A stretch of DNA of 23,334 nucleotides from Thermoproteota archaeon (GCA_027491395.1 JAOZFI010000047.1:1-23334); one strand, 5' to 3'; counted from the stretch's first letter, positions 8,627 to 17,100 are shown. Numbers and translations: made by a program. Notes: generated from the letters alone by a model not told the origin.

Positions 8627-8677
8627 ATGGATATGGTGATCGGGCCAATTCATCCGCCCGCTCCTCCTGTAAAGTGA
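8627..8677 (+). CDS. Putative 16-aa Pro-rich micro-ORF MDMVIGPIHPPAPPVK
   Basis: Strong SD AGGAGGAAGGAGGT (8611-8624) directly upstream; TATA-like TAAATAAAA at 8558-8566. Confidence 0.55.
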   Translation: MDMVIGPIHPPAPPVK

Positions 8678-8760
8678 GCTCTCCATCACTTATTTTCTTA
8701 TCTATCAGTTTTCTCCTCTTTCGGTATTTGTTGAAAAAAATGTCGGAGCACAACATTTAA
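8674..8760 (+). CDS. Putative 28-aa hydrophobic micro-ORF MSSPSLIFLSISFLLFRYLLKKMSEHNI
   Basis: Its GTG overlaps the preceding TGA (GTGA) and its TAA overlaps the next ATG (TAATG). TM-like core followed by basic residues. Confidence 0.35.
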   Translation: MSSPSLIFLSISFLLFRYLLKKMSEHNI

Positions 8761-8798
8761 TGGGGGGAGGTCCAGATCCACCAAGGGATGATCCATAG
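8760..8798 (+). CDS. Putative 12-aa micro-ORF MGGGPDPPRDDP
   Basis: The ATG lies in a TAATG overlap; its TAG overlaps an in-frame ATA of the downstream gene (ATAG). Confidence 0.35.
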   Translation: MGGGPDPPRDDP

Positions 8799-8902
8799 AG
8801 TACAAAGAGGGAAAAGCTGACAATACGATTTACATCGCAGCTATAACAGTAAAAGAATTCATCAAGAATGGGGCTGAGCCTTTAGAGCCACTCTCCTCAA
8901 TC

Positions 8903-9847
8903 TTGGTAGAGAGGCTGGGTGAGGAGTGGAACATCCTCATTACTAAGCAAGATCAGAAGGCTGAGTTCAGCTTCGGTCTGGGAGTTACTTTAAGGTCAGA
9001 GCCTGTTGAAGATTGGGTAGTGGGTCTAAAGTTCCTAAGAAACGGGGAAGTGATGGTGGGGACTCTAGGTAAATCGGTCAAGGTGAGATTGGGGGAAGAC
9101 AGGGAGACGATACTGTTGGCTTCGGAGCTCGCGGCTCTCGCCCTTTACCTCTATAGGAATCCCTTAATGTGCCTGAGAGAGAACCTCATAGTGACGGGGA
9201 TCTTCTACCTAAACCCGTGTGTGTGGTCTGATCCTGCGATTTCAGGTATAGAGCTGGCCGCAGCCTTCTCAGCGATCTCGAAGGGATTGGAATTGGAGAA
9301 GAGATACAGGTCTTTCGTGAAGGCCCTCCACTTCCTGAGTCAACTGGATCACCTGCCGGAGATAATCAGGGCACTTAAAGCCTTAGCAGTGATAGGCGTG
9401 GCCCCGCCTCTGAGCAAGAGGGACCTTTTCTATGTGGATCAGCTGTCCCCGGTAGAGATAAAGGTCCTGAACGCTCTCACAGCCAAGGAGGCCATAGACA
9501 GGCTGTACGGTTTGGATGAGAAGAAGGTTGTTGCGCTTCTATCAGAGCTGCTGGGATTGAGATCGGAGACCTTCGATAGGAGAAAGCTAGTCAGATCCCT
9601 GTCCCAGAGGGAATCCAAGGAAGGCCTATCATTGAGCGAGATCTCCCATGTTCTAGGGATCGATAAGGCCTACCTCTGGAGGGACGTCCTTCCCAAGATG
9701 ATAGAGCGCTTCCTCATTACCGTGGGAAGCGACAGGTACAGAGGAAAGACCGTTAAGGTCTACAGGCCCAATATATCCCTGCCGACAATAGGAGATATGG
9801 TGCTCACTTATACGCTCAACCTCAGCTACCTCGTCACTAGGGGCTGA
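8903..9847 (+). CDS. Hypothetical protein with C-terminal winged HTH; frame open upstream to 8792
   Basis: LSPVEIKVLNAL...GLSLSEISHVLGIDKAYLWRDVLPKMIERFLI...GKTVKVYRP. The start codon is uncertain. Confidence 0.72.
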   Translation: MVERLGEEWNILITKQDQKAEFSFGLGVTLRSEPVEDWVVGLKFLRNGEVMVGTLGKSVKVRLGEDRETILLASELAALALYLYRNPLMCLRENLIVTGIFYLNPCVWSDPAISGIELAAAFSAISKGLELEKRYRSFVKALHFLSQLDHLPEIIRALKALAVIGVAPPLSKRDLFYVDQLSPVEIKVLNALTAKEAIDRLYGLDEKKVVALLSELLGLRSETFDRRKLVRSLSQRESKEGLSLSEISHVLGIDKAYLWRDVLPKMIERFLITVGSDRYRGKTVKVYRPNISLPTIGDMVLTYTLNLSYLVTRG

Positions 9848-9849
9848 TA

Positions 9850-10434
9850 ATGAGGTTGAGCAGAGATTTCTTCTGCAGGGATCCAGTGGTGGTAGCCAGA
9901 GATCTCCTTGGGAAGCTCCTAGTCAGGGAATTTAAGGGGGACAGAATATCTGGGGTTGTGGTGGAGACAGAAGCGTACCTAGGGAGGAACGACAGGGCCT
10001 CCCACGGTTTCGGTGGGAAGAGGACGCCAAGGATGTGGCCTCTCTACGAAGGATGTGGCTTATTCTACATTTACCCGGTTCACGGCTACGCCATGCTGAA
10101 TGTTACGACTGCGCCACCCGAAGAGCCCACAGCCGTCCTCATAAGGGCCCTAGAGCCCGTGGAGGGCGTGGATATCATGAGGAGGAACAGAGGAACTGAT
10201 GATGCGAGGAACCTGTGTTCTGGCCCTGGGAAGCTCACTAAGGCGCTTGGTATTACCTTAGAGATGAACGGCTTGAGCGTCGAGGACGGACCTCTCTACT
10301 TCGAGGAGTACATGAGGGTGGACGAACGGGAGATAGTGGCCACGAAGAGGGTGGGAGTGGACTATGCTGGCAGGCACGCGGACCTTCCCCTTAGGTTCTA
10401 CTTGAAGGGAAACAGGTACGTATCAAGGCCATGA
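9850..10434 (+). CDS. mpg: 3-methyladenine DNA glycosylase (MPG/AAG family)
   Basis: VARDLLGK, VETEAYLG..DRASH, AVLIRALEP, SGPGKL, KRVGV, PLRFY. Confidence 0.95.
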   Translation: MRLSRDFFCRDPVVVARDLLGKLLVREFKGDRISGVVVETEAYLGRNDRASHGFGGKRTPRMWPLYEGCGLFYIYPVHGYAMLNVTTAPPEEPTAVLIRALEPVEGVDIMRRNRGTDDARNLCSGPGKLTKALGITLEMNGLSVEDGPLYFEEYMRVDEREIVATKRVGVDYAGRHADLPLRFYLKGNRYVSRP

Positions 10435-11643
10435 TCCCCTGAAGATGACCTCGACCTCCTCCGGATCCACCTCTCCGTTCCCATTGTCATCCATCCACCT
10501 AACTATGATGACTCCATCGATCCCTCCCTCTGCTATCTTGATCGCCGCCACCCGAGTCCCGAATCTAGTGAGACCCTCTCCAAGTACTATCCTCCTACCG
10601 CTCCTCTCGAGAGATGTCACCAAGGCGTAATCTGAGCGACCATACTCCACTTGGAACCTCCACACGCGATCGCCCAGCTTAATAATGCCCTTCGACCCGT
10701 CGATGTCCACCACTATCCCCAGCTCCTCGTTGAGTCGAGCCGCCAGCTCATTGGCCTTGGGACCGCCGAGGATTATGATGTTGCCGTCTGGCAGTTCATC
10801 TCCAGCTTTCCTCGCCTCCAGACCTAGGATCGAGGCCGCTTCACGGTCATGCTCTCCGTAAAGGACCCTGAAATGCACACCAGATGAAATCTCGGCTCTG
10901 ACTCTGCGCTCCTCGACGGTGGAGCCAGCGATCACCCTCACAACCCACTCCCCTGGCTCCGAAAGGGTAAGGGATATCTGGAAGTGTCCTGACGAGACCA
11001 TGGCTGAGTATTCCTCCTCGACCCCATTAGGGGAAACCAAGACTATCCTGACGCCGTTCACTCCGGAGGCGGTTCCGCTAACTACTAGGGACTCCCCCAC
11101 CTCCACCCTGCTCGGGATGTCAACCTCTAGATCTACCAGCCGGTAATAGGCCTCCTTGACCTTCTTAACGGTGACTGAGACCATATCAGGAATATAAGGG
11201 ACGTCTTCAGGTTCTATCTTGACGAATAGGTTGCCAGATGGATCTATTATCACCACCGTGGCTGTGTACTTGATGCCGAAGTAGAGGAGATGGGACCACG
11301 AGACCGTCAGGAGGATCCAGCTGGACGGAGGATTATAGCTCCTGAAGGCTGGCAGTACAGCCTGAGGATTCGAGGGTGAATACATGGCGACGGCTGCGAC
11401 GTAACGACCACTGGAGAGTTCGGGGTCGGTCCTCCAAGCATCGGCAAGCAAGGGTATGAACTTCTTGCAGTGAGAGCAGGTGGGCTGACTGAATATGAGA
11501 ACGACGACCTTTCCCCTGTAATCGGAGAGCTTGAAGGTCCCTCCCCCATAGATCGGGGCCTCGAACCCAGAAGCGGAGGTAGGGAGGCTGGACAGACAAA
11601 GCATCGACAGCAGAAGTAGTGTGATCGCTCTCTTCATCATCAA
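10423..11643 (-). CDS. Secreted TlpA/redoxin-domain protein with Ig-like and S-layer C-terminal-like domains
   Basis: Signal peptide; LSDYRGKVVVL...TCSHCK; NIIILGGPKANE; Ca-binding-like tail WMDDNGNGEVDPEE. Confidence 0.8.
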   Translation of the reverse strand: MMMKRAITLLLLSMLCLSSLPTSASGFEAPIYGGGTFKLSDYRGKVVVLIFSQPTCSHCKKFIPLLADAWRTDPELSSGRYVAAVAMYSPSNPQAVLPAFRSYNPPSSWILLTVSWSHLLYFGIKYTATVVIIDPSGNLFVKIEPEDVPYIPDMVSVTVKKVKEAYYRLVDLEVDIPSRVEVGESLVVSGTASGVNGVRIVLVSPNGVEEEYSAMVSSGHFQISLTLSEPGEWVVRVIAGSTVEERRVRAEISSGVHFRVLYGEHDREAASILGLEARKAGDELPDGNIIILGGPKANELAARLNEELGIVVDIDGSKGIIKLGDRVWRFQVEYGRSDYALVTSLERSGRRIVLGEGLTRFGTRVAAIKIAEGGIDGVIIVRWMDDNGNGEVDPEEVEVIFRGSWP

Positions 11644-11783
11644 CTTCCTTCAAGGGTTCCATTTATAATAGCTCGCCGTTATACGCCAAAGACCTTCTGG
11701 ATAACCATGGCTAATAGTGCTTATGGGATAATAATATCTAGAGATACCCAAAAAGTAAAGTGAGGAGAGATCGGTAAACAAGT

Positions 11784-14105
11784 TCATCGTCGCGCTGAAA
11801 GCCTCCTCCTGTATAGAAGAATAGCCGCGATTAGAATCGCTAGTGCCACCACGCCACCAACTAATATGAATGGAGGCTTTGATCTAATGGAAGCATACGT
11901 CTCTGACGGGAAGCAGCCCTCAGCGTAGGCGGCTATCTTGACCTGAGTCTCTTCACTGATATCAGGAACCTTCAGTCTAGTCTCGCCATTCTCAAGCTCA
12001 TATACGGTCCCGTTGAAGACTAAAAGTCCGGTAGCAGGCCTTCCACGGCATGTCACCTGTATCGATGCCCCAGTGTTTCCCTCCAGTTCATCCGGAAGTA
12101 GGATCTGGGCGTGAGGGAGATAGGTCACCTTGAACCTCCTCTCCAACCTGGTGCTGTTGTACAAGGCCTCCACTATGACATCGTTCTCCCCTAGAGTAAG
12201 GCTTATTGTTGAAGAGAAGGTCCCGGTGTTCGATGGCCTGACCTCCTGACCATTAACCTTTACCAAGGCGAAGGGCTGGGCCCTACCCCTCACCTCGAGC
12301 GAGGGCGCATCTACCACATCGGGTAGATCGTTGACCTCCAGCACAGGAGGCTTGACCAGTCGGTAGCTAACATCGCCTCCGTTCACCCTCACCACCATGT
12401 AGTGGAAGAAGAGGCTCTCCTTGGGATACTGGTTATCCAGCTCGGCGCCCCCACCTCCCAAGATGAAGGTCTTGATGCTCTCATTCTCGCCACTGTAGTA
12501 CATGTGCTCGTGGCCCTGGAATATGGCATCTATCTTGTCTTTATGGAGTCTCACCACTGCTCTGAGCCTCTCGAGAGCTGACTTGTCCTCGATCCCGTGG
12601 GCATAGGGATAGATGGGCTGGTGTATGAAGACGAAGACGTGCTCCGCCTCCGTATCATCTAAGTCCTTCGCGAACCACTCTATCTGCTCGTCACTCATCG
12701 AGTACCTGAAGCCAGGTACGTTGGCGTTCAGGAAGACGAAGTGGGAGTTCCCATAATCGAAGGAGTAGAAGAGCTTGCCGAAGAAGGACATGAAGTTCCT
12801 CTGAGCGATCTTCCCGATCTGATTCTCGTGGTTGCCCTCGGCTATGAAGAGGGGCATCCTTATCGCGCTGGTGACCCTCACGAAGTCCTCATACTCCTTG
12901 AGCTCTCCGCTGTAGACTATATCGCCCACGTTGGCGTATAAATCCGCGTTCTCCTCGATAATGTACTCTAGCAGTTGCTTGTAAACCTCCGGCTGTTTCG
13001 CACCCCCGGACGGTCTGTTATCCCCTAGAACGATGAATGAGAGTGCGTTCCTGTCAGGGAAGAGTCTGGTCCCATTCCTGATGTTCTCGACCCAGATGAG
13101 CTTCCTGAACTCCGCGTACCTGCCGGTAGAATCGTAAGCCCTTATCACCATCACGTGTCTCCCGTCCCAAGTGGTCAGAGTGTCCCATTTGGCCCTCCAC
13201 GATCCGCCTGAGGGCTTGAAATCTATCAGCACGCCCTTATCGTCGGTCCAGTTATACTGCCCTTCATAGTCGAGCCTAGCCTGGACCTTCGTGATAGGTG
13301 AGAGGTTGCCCGATACTTCCACAGATAGATCGACCACTCCGCTTAAGTTTCTAGGGAAAGACGGCACTACTACGAATGCTTCCACCCTCGTGGGCTCTAT
13401 TCTCTTCGCTGAGGTTATCTCAACCCTCTTGGAATTGACCGGAGATTTATCTAAGGTGATCACGTATTCCCCGGGAGAGTCAGCTCTCCACCTGATCAGG
13501 AGGTTTCCCGATACCAGCTTGAGATATGACATGCAAGCTAACTCAGGGCCAGGCATTATGAAGAAGGCATAGGGCCTATCTCTCTCCAGTGAGGAACGGG
13601 AATATCCCAAGAATACATCGGTGTAGCCATCTGAGGAAACCTCGGTCTCGGAGATGATCCTCATGAGGGAGGCGTCCCTCAACGCCACTCTGAACCTGCC
13701 CTTGGCCGAGAAAGTGAATCCTATCGCATCATCAAGGGCAGACCTGTCAACCATAACCTTGATGTAGGGGTCTGGTCCTGTGGCAAAGAAACAACGTTCA
13801 TCGTTCACAATGAAGGAGGCAGCATTTTTGTGCTCGAGTTCCCACTCTATCACGGTCTCCTTCTCGAAAGACGTCGATATGGGTAGGAGAGATCCGTCCG
13901 GGGCGGTCACCTCGACGGAGAGGGGGTTCAGGGTCCCATTGGATGGGAAACCGTGATTCATTATGTCCACCGCTAGCTCGTAGTTTCCGGGTCCCTTTAC
14001 ATCGACGTAATACCGGTATTTGCCCATGGGTTGGGCGTGGATCGGTAGAACTGGTAACAGGAGAGCTAGCGCGAGTATCAGAGCAAGTACAGGGGATTTA
14101 CTCAT
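11784..14105 (-). CDS. Surface-anchored calcineurin-like metallophosphoesterase with Ig-like domains
   Basis: Signal peptide; GDNR, GDIV, GNHE, HQP and GHEH metal motifs; C-terminal TM followed by an RRR tail. Confidence 0.88.
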   Translation of the reverse strand: MSKSPVLALILALALLLPVLPIHAQPMGKYRYYVDVKGPGNYELAVDIMNHGFPSNGTLNPLSVEVTAPDGSLLPISTSFEKETVIEWELEHKNAASFIVNDERCFFATGPDPYIKVMVDRSALDDAIGFTFSAKGRFRVALRDASLMRIISETEVSSDGYTDVFLGYSRSSLERDRPYAFFIMPGPELACMSYLKLVSGNLLIRWRADSPGEYVITLDKSPVNSKRVEITSAKRIEPTRVEAFVVVPSFPRNLSGVVDLSVEVSGNLSPITKVQARLDYEGQYNWTDDKGVLIDFKPSGGSWRAKWDTLTTWDGRHVMVIRAYDSTGRYAEFRKLIWVENIRNGTRLFPDRNALSFIVLGDNRPSGGAKQPEVYKQLLEYIIEENADLYANVGDIVYSGELKEYEDFVRVTSAIRMPLFIAEGNHENQIGKIAQRNFMSFFGKLFYSFDYGNSHFVFLNANVPGFRYSMSDEQIEWFAKDLDDTEAEHVFVFIHQPIYPYAHGIEDKSALERLRAVVRLHKDKIDAIFQGHEHMYYSGENESIKTFILGGGGAELDNQYPKESLFFHYMVVRVNGGDVSYRLVKPPVLEVNDLPDVVDAPSLEVRGRAQPFALVKVNGQEVRPSNTGTFSSTISLTLGENDVIVEALYNSTRLERRFKVTYLPHAQILLPDELEGNTGASIQVTCRGRPATGLLVFNGTVYELENGETRLKVPDISEETQVKIAAYAEGCFPSETYASIRSKPPFILVGGVVALAILIAAILLYRRRLSARR

Positions 14106-14124
14106 ATGCCGTTTCGAGAGTAGA

Positions 14125-14137
14125 CCTTAAAAACCGT
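14125..14137 (-). promoter_or_regulatory. TATA box for the metallophosphoesterase gene (leaderless)
   Basis: Minus-strand TTTTTAA at 14127-14133, about 22-28 nt upstream of the ATG at 14105. Confidence 0.5.
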
Positions 14138-14145
14138 GGGAATCT

Positions 14146-14922
14146 TCATCCCCTCCCAGCCACCTTCCTGTACTCCCTCTCCACTAGGCTCTGAGCTAGA
14201 TCCAAATATATCTCGGTGGTTCGAAGGCTGCTGTGTCCCAAGATGCGCTGTAATACTCGGGGATTCCCTCCCTTGGAGAGGAACCAGACCGCGAAGGCGT
14301 GCCTCACAGCGTGGGGATGGGTCTTCAGCAGCTCGGAAACCCACCTCCTGATGGTGCGGTCCGTCACTGGGAAGATTTTTCCGTTTCCATTCTTAGGTAG
14401 CTCCCCCAGCAGTTCAGCGGTGCGCTCGGTGAAGTAGACGTACCTGAACTTCCCCCCCTTCCCCCTCACTCTGGCTCTCTTCCCGTTTAGATCCACATCC
14501 TCCCATCTTAACGAGACCAGTTCGCCCACCCTCATGCCAGTCTCCGCGAGCATCATTATTGCCGCCCTCTGGAGGGGTTTGGCCGTCGAGAGTATTTCAT
14601 CCATCTCCTCGTAAGTCTTCAGAAGGTCCTCGTTTACCTTAGGAAGGGGGGGAGGGACCCTTATCTCCTTCGCGAGGGCTCTGGCCTCCTCGCTCAAGTC
14701 CTTTCTCCCTGCCACCTTGAAGAGCCTGCTGAGCATGTAGAGCTGCTGCTTTAAGGTGCGTCTGTTCACCTCTTCTTCCCTCTTAGAGGCCCATATTCTC
14801 ACATGAATCGGTTTAGCTTCCTCTAATGGTACCATCTCCAAGAAGGAGGTAAAAACGGGCCTGTACTTCCTCTTACTCGAAGGAGCTAAACCCGCTAGGG
14901 CTGCTTCAACGAGGGCATTCAT
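14146..14922 (-). CDS. xerA: Tyrosine recombinase, XerA-like
   Basis: Complete catalytic set: TGMRVGEL (R), GKGGK (K), HAVRH (HxxR), LGHS (H), TTEIY (Y). 258 aa, in a housekeeping-like context. Confidence 0.85.
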   Translation of the reverse strand: MNALVEAALAGLAPSSKRKYRPVFTSFLEMVPLEEAKPIHVRIWASKREEEVNRRTLKQQLYMLSRLFKVAGRKDLSEEARALAKEIRVPPPLPKVNEDLLKTYEEMDEILSTAKPLQRAAIMMLAETGMRVGELVSLRWEDVDLNGKRARVRGKGGKFRYVYFTERTAELLGELPKNGNGKIFPVTDRTIRRWVSELLKTHPHAVRHAFAVWFLSKGGNPRVLQRILGHSSLRTTEIYLDLAQSLVEREYRKVAGRG

Positions 14923-15141
14923 TCACTCGCTCACCTTAACCAGCTTCTCCCTAGATCTGTGACCCCTCACAATCTCCACATGGGACTTTGGTACGCCAAA
15001 ATGCTCGGCCAGAAGTTCTACCACCCTTTTATTGGCCCTTCCCCTCTCGGGAGGCTCCCTGACCTTGACCACTAGGAAGTCGCCCTCAAAGACGACTTCC
15101 TCCCTCTTAGCCTTCGGTATCACTCGAACCTTCACCAACAT
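14923..15141 (-). CDS. DUF167 (YggU/UPF0235) family protein
   Basis: VKVRVIPKAK, EPPERGRAN, IVRGHRSREK. Confidence 0.93.
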   Translation of the reverse strand: MLVKVRVIPKAKREEVVFEGDFLVVKVREPPERGRANKRVVELLAEHFGVPKSHVEIVRGHRSREKLVKVSE

Positions 15142-15526
15142 GGGTCATCCTTTCCAAGAGGGTTAGCATGCTCTCCGCCACGTAGTATATGCTCTCGAGG
15201 AGGTAGTCCTTCTTCAGGTGGCACCTGTCTAGGTCCATCTCCACCACCGCGGAGCCCCTGTCCACAGCGACCTTGCACGGTATTCCCTTGTCCACGAGAT
15301 CCCAAGAGGCCCTCATGAGATCCAGCTCCCTTCCCTCCGCCTTCAGGGGTGGGTAAGCGGTGGCCAGAACGTAAGCGACGCCCCTCTTCTCCTCAGCAAC
15401 TATGTAGATGACCACATCCTTCCCTTCCTCCCCTATCATGAGCACGAGCATGCCCTCCTCCCTGAGGTGAGTCAGGCCCGCTTCTCCGAGCATGGACTCT
15501 ATCTCGTCAAGAAGCAAGGTTCTCAC
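15107..15526 (-). CDS. YbjN / T3SS-chaperone-like domain protein
   Basis: 139 aa, acidic, with an alpha-beta3-alpha-beta2-alpha pattern; resembles the upstream neighbour. Confidence 0.6.
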   Translation of the reverse strand: MRTLLLDEIESMLGEAGLTHLREEGMLVLMIGEEGKDVVIYIVAEEKRGVAYVLATAYPPLKAEGRELDLMRASWDLVDKGIPCKVAVDRGSAVVEMDLDRCHLKKDYLLESIYYVAESMLTLLERMTHVGEGSSDTEG

Positions 15527-15875
15527 CCAGTTTCCGTAAGAACGTGAGCGTTATGTAGAAGTTCCTCTTAAAGGACTCCTCTATGCACTCACTCCTCAGG
15601 AAGGATGTCACTATGACCTCATTATCTTCACTCAGCTGGTAGGAAGCGAAGTTCATCTTGAAATTCTCTTCCAGCAGCAGCTTGGCCATCTCAGCCGTGG
15701 GGATAAGGGGTGGATCGGTCCTCCCCACTATCACGGTCATGTCCTCATCGGCCAGAACGATGACATTGTAGGAGATCTCACCCTCCCGGAAGGACGATAT
15801 GATGGCCTGCTCCACCCTTCTGTAGTTGATCCCTTCCTCCTTCAGTATCTCCTCGATTTGTTCCAGATGTCCCAT
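15507..15875 (-). CDS. YbjN / CesT-like domain protein
   Basis: IEEILKEEGINY...LLLEENFKMNFASYQLSEDNEVIV matches the YbjN/CesT pattern. Confidence 0.7.
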   Translation of the reverse strand: MGHLEQIEEILKEEGINYRRVEQAIISSFREGEISYNVIVLADEDMTVIVGRTDPPLIPTAEMAKLLLEENFKMNFASYQLSEDNEVIVTSFLRSECIEESFKRNFYITLTFLRKLGENLAS

Positions 15876-16007
15876 AGGTATTCGTGTTTTCTTCAGACTA
15901 CTAAAGTTTTCCTCAGGGGGGTCGCGTAATTAGAGTGATTGTTGGTCGCCGTGCGAGCGCCCTCTACCCTTAAATGGGCGGTATGGGCTCTACCAAGGTG
16001 ACTGAAA

Positions 16008-16424
16008 ATGGTTCGCTATGCAGTGGGAGGAGCCTTCTCCGGGGTACTGGGCTTCATCCTCGCTGCTCTTCTATCCATAGCCTTCCAGGCCTTCTACTTC
16101 TGGGTTGCTCAGATATTTGTCATGGAAGAGAGAAAAGGTTTCTTCTCCCTGATGGGCCTTGTAGTCACGGGAAACTTCCTGTCTGGCCTCGCCTACCTCA
16201 CCGTCGTGAGAGTGGTCACGATTCATCCACTGCCGCTACCGTCCCTCTTCGGAGTAGCCTCAGTCCTGCTGGTATGGGTGCTGGTCGCTAAGTACTGGTA
16301 CGATACAAGCTGGGGAAGGGCTTTCTTGCTGATATTGATAGCCAGCCTGTTGCAGCTGCTGACCATCTACGTGGTGACTCCTGAATCATGGGGCATGAGA
16401 CCCTTCAGAGAACTAGGTCTCTGA
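16008..16424 (+). CDS. Four-TM hypothetical membrane protein
   Basis: Four hydrophobic segments and YDTSWGRAFLL; SD AGGTGA upstream. Confidence 0.75.
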   Translation: MVRYAVGGAFSGVLGFILAALLSIAFQAFYFWVAQIFVMEERKGFFSLMGLVVTGNFLSGLAYLTVVRVVTIHPLPLPSLFGVASVLLVWVLVAKYWYDTSWGRAFLLILIASLLQLLTIYVVTPESWGMRPFRELGL

Positions 16425-16465
16425 TACCATCCTTAAGCTTGGTCTCGAGACAGTTCAGGAGATCG

Positions 16466-16861
16466 TCAGGGGATCAACCTGATCCCGAGTCCGTTGAAGT
16501 GCTTCCTATCCATGGTGGCTAGGTCCGATCCTGAAACGGACGCGGTGGCGGCCACCAAGATGTCGCTGAAGGGTATCGGTCTCCCCCCCTTCCTCCTCAG
16601 CTTGGTGTCAAGTTCTAAGGCCCTGACCAGGATGTCCTGGTCTGGTTCCACGATCATCCCAATTTCGTGAAGTAGATCCTTCCTACCCATTGCTGCATCA
16701 GGTCCTCTAGCCAGATAGTGGCCAAAGAGGTATTCGTAGGCCACCACCCAAGGGATCATTATCCTCTCATACTCGGCGATCAGATCAACGAGTTCTTCCC
16801 GGCCTCTGTCCAGCAGTTCGATCAGGAAGGATGTGTCCAAAACGACGTTACCACCACTCAC
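16466..16861 (-). CDS. vapC: VapC PIN-domain toxin
   Basis: Acidic tetrad VLDTSFL, AYEY, PFSDILVAA, TMDRKHF. Start moved to the GTG at 16861, which overlaps the end of vapB. Confidence 0.92.
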   Translation of the reverse strand: MSGGNVVLDTSFLIELLDRGREELVDLIAEYERIMIPWVVAYEYLFGHYLARGPDAAMGRKDLLHEIGMIVEPDQDILVRALELDTKLRRKGGRPIPFSDILVAATASVSGSDLATMDRKHFNGLGIRLIP

Positions 16862-17081
16862 GTGACTCGACTTCTTTGACGATCTCCTCAACTTTATCGG
16901 CCTCTTCTTCACTCAGTCTCGAGCTCCTGACGAGATCCTTCAGTCTTTCCCTCTTCCTCTTCAGATATTCGTCTATAAGCCTGTCTATGGTCTCATCTAG
17001 GCTTTTAGCTCTCATTCTCTCCTTGAGAGATTTGAGCCTCCTGTAAGTGTCCTCCCTAACCGAGATTACTTTACCCATCAT
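16848..17081 (-). CDS. vapB: VapB-family antitoxin (RHH-like)
   Basis: KVISVREDTYRRLKSLK...SLDETIDRLI; directly upstream of and overlapping the PIN gene. Confidence 0.88.
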   Translation of the reverse strand: MMGKVISVREDTYRRLKSLKERMRAKSLDETIDRLIDEYLKRKRERLKDLVRSSRLSEEEADKVEEIVKEVESREWW

Positions 17082-17100
17082 CCAATTTCTCTCTATAGCC

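Noticed and set aside
8496-8756. 86-aa minus-strand ORF
   Set aside because: No SD or recognisable motif, and it lies antisense to the SD-led micro-ORFs; not fully excluded.
16862-16912. Called N-terminal extension of VapC
   Set aside because: It lies inside vapB; the PIN domain starts at VVLDTS.
14146-17081. Integrated mobile element built around the tyrosine recombinase and vapBC
   Set aside because: No tRNA target, att direct repeats, replication or viral genes, or compositional shift seen; the recombinase looks like a chromosomal XerA.
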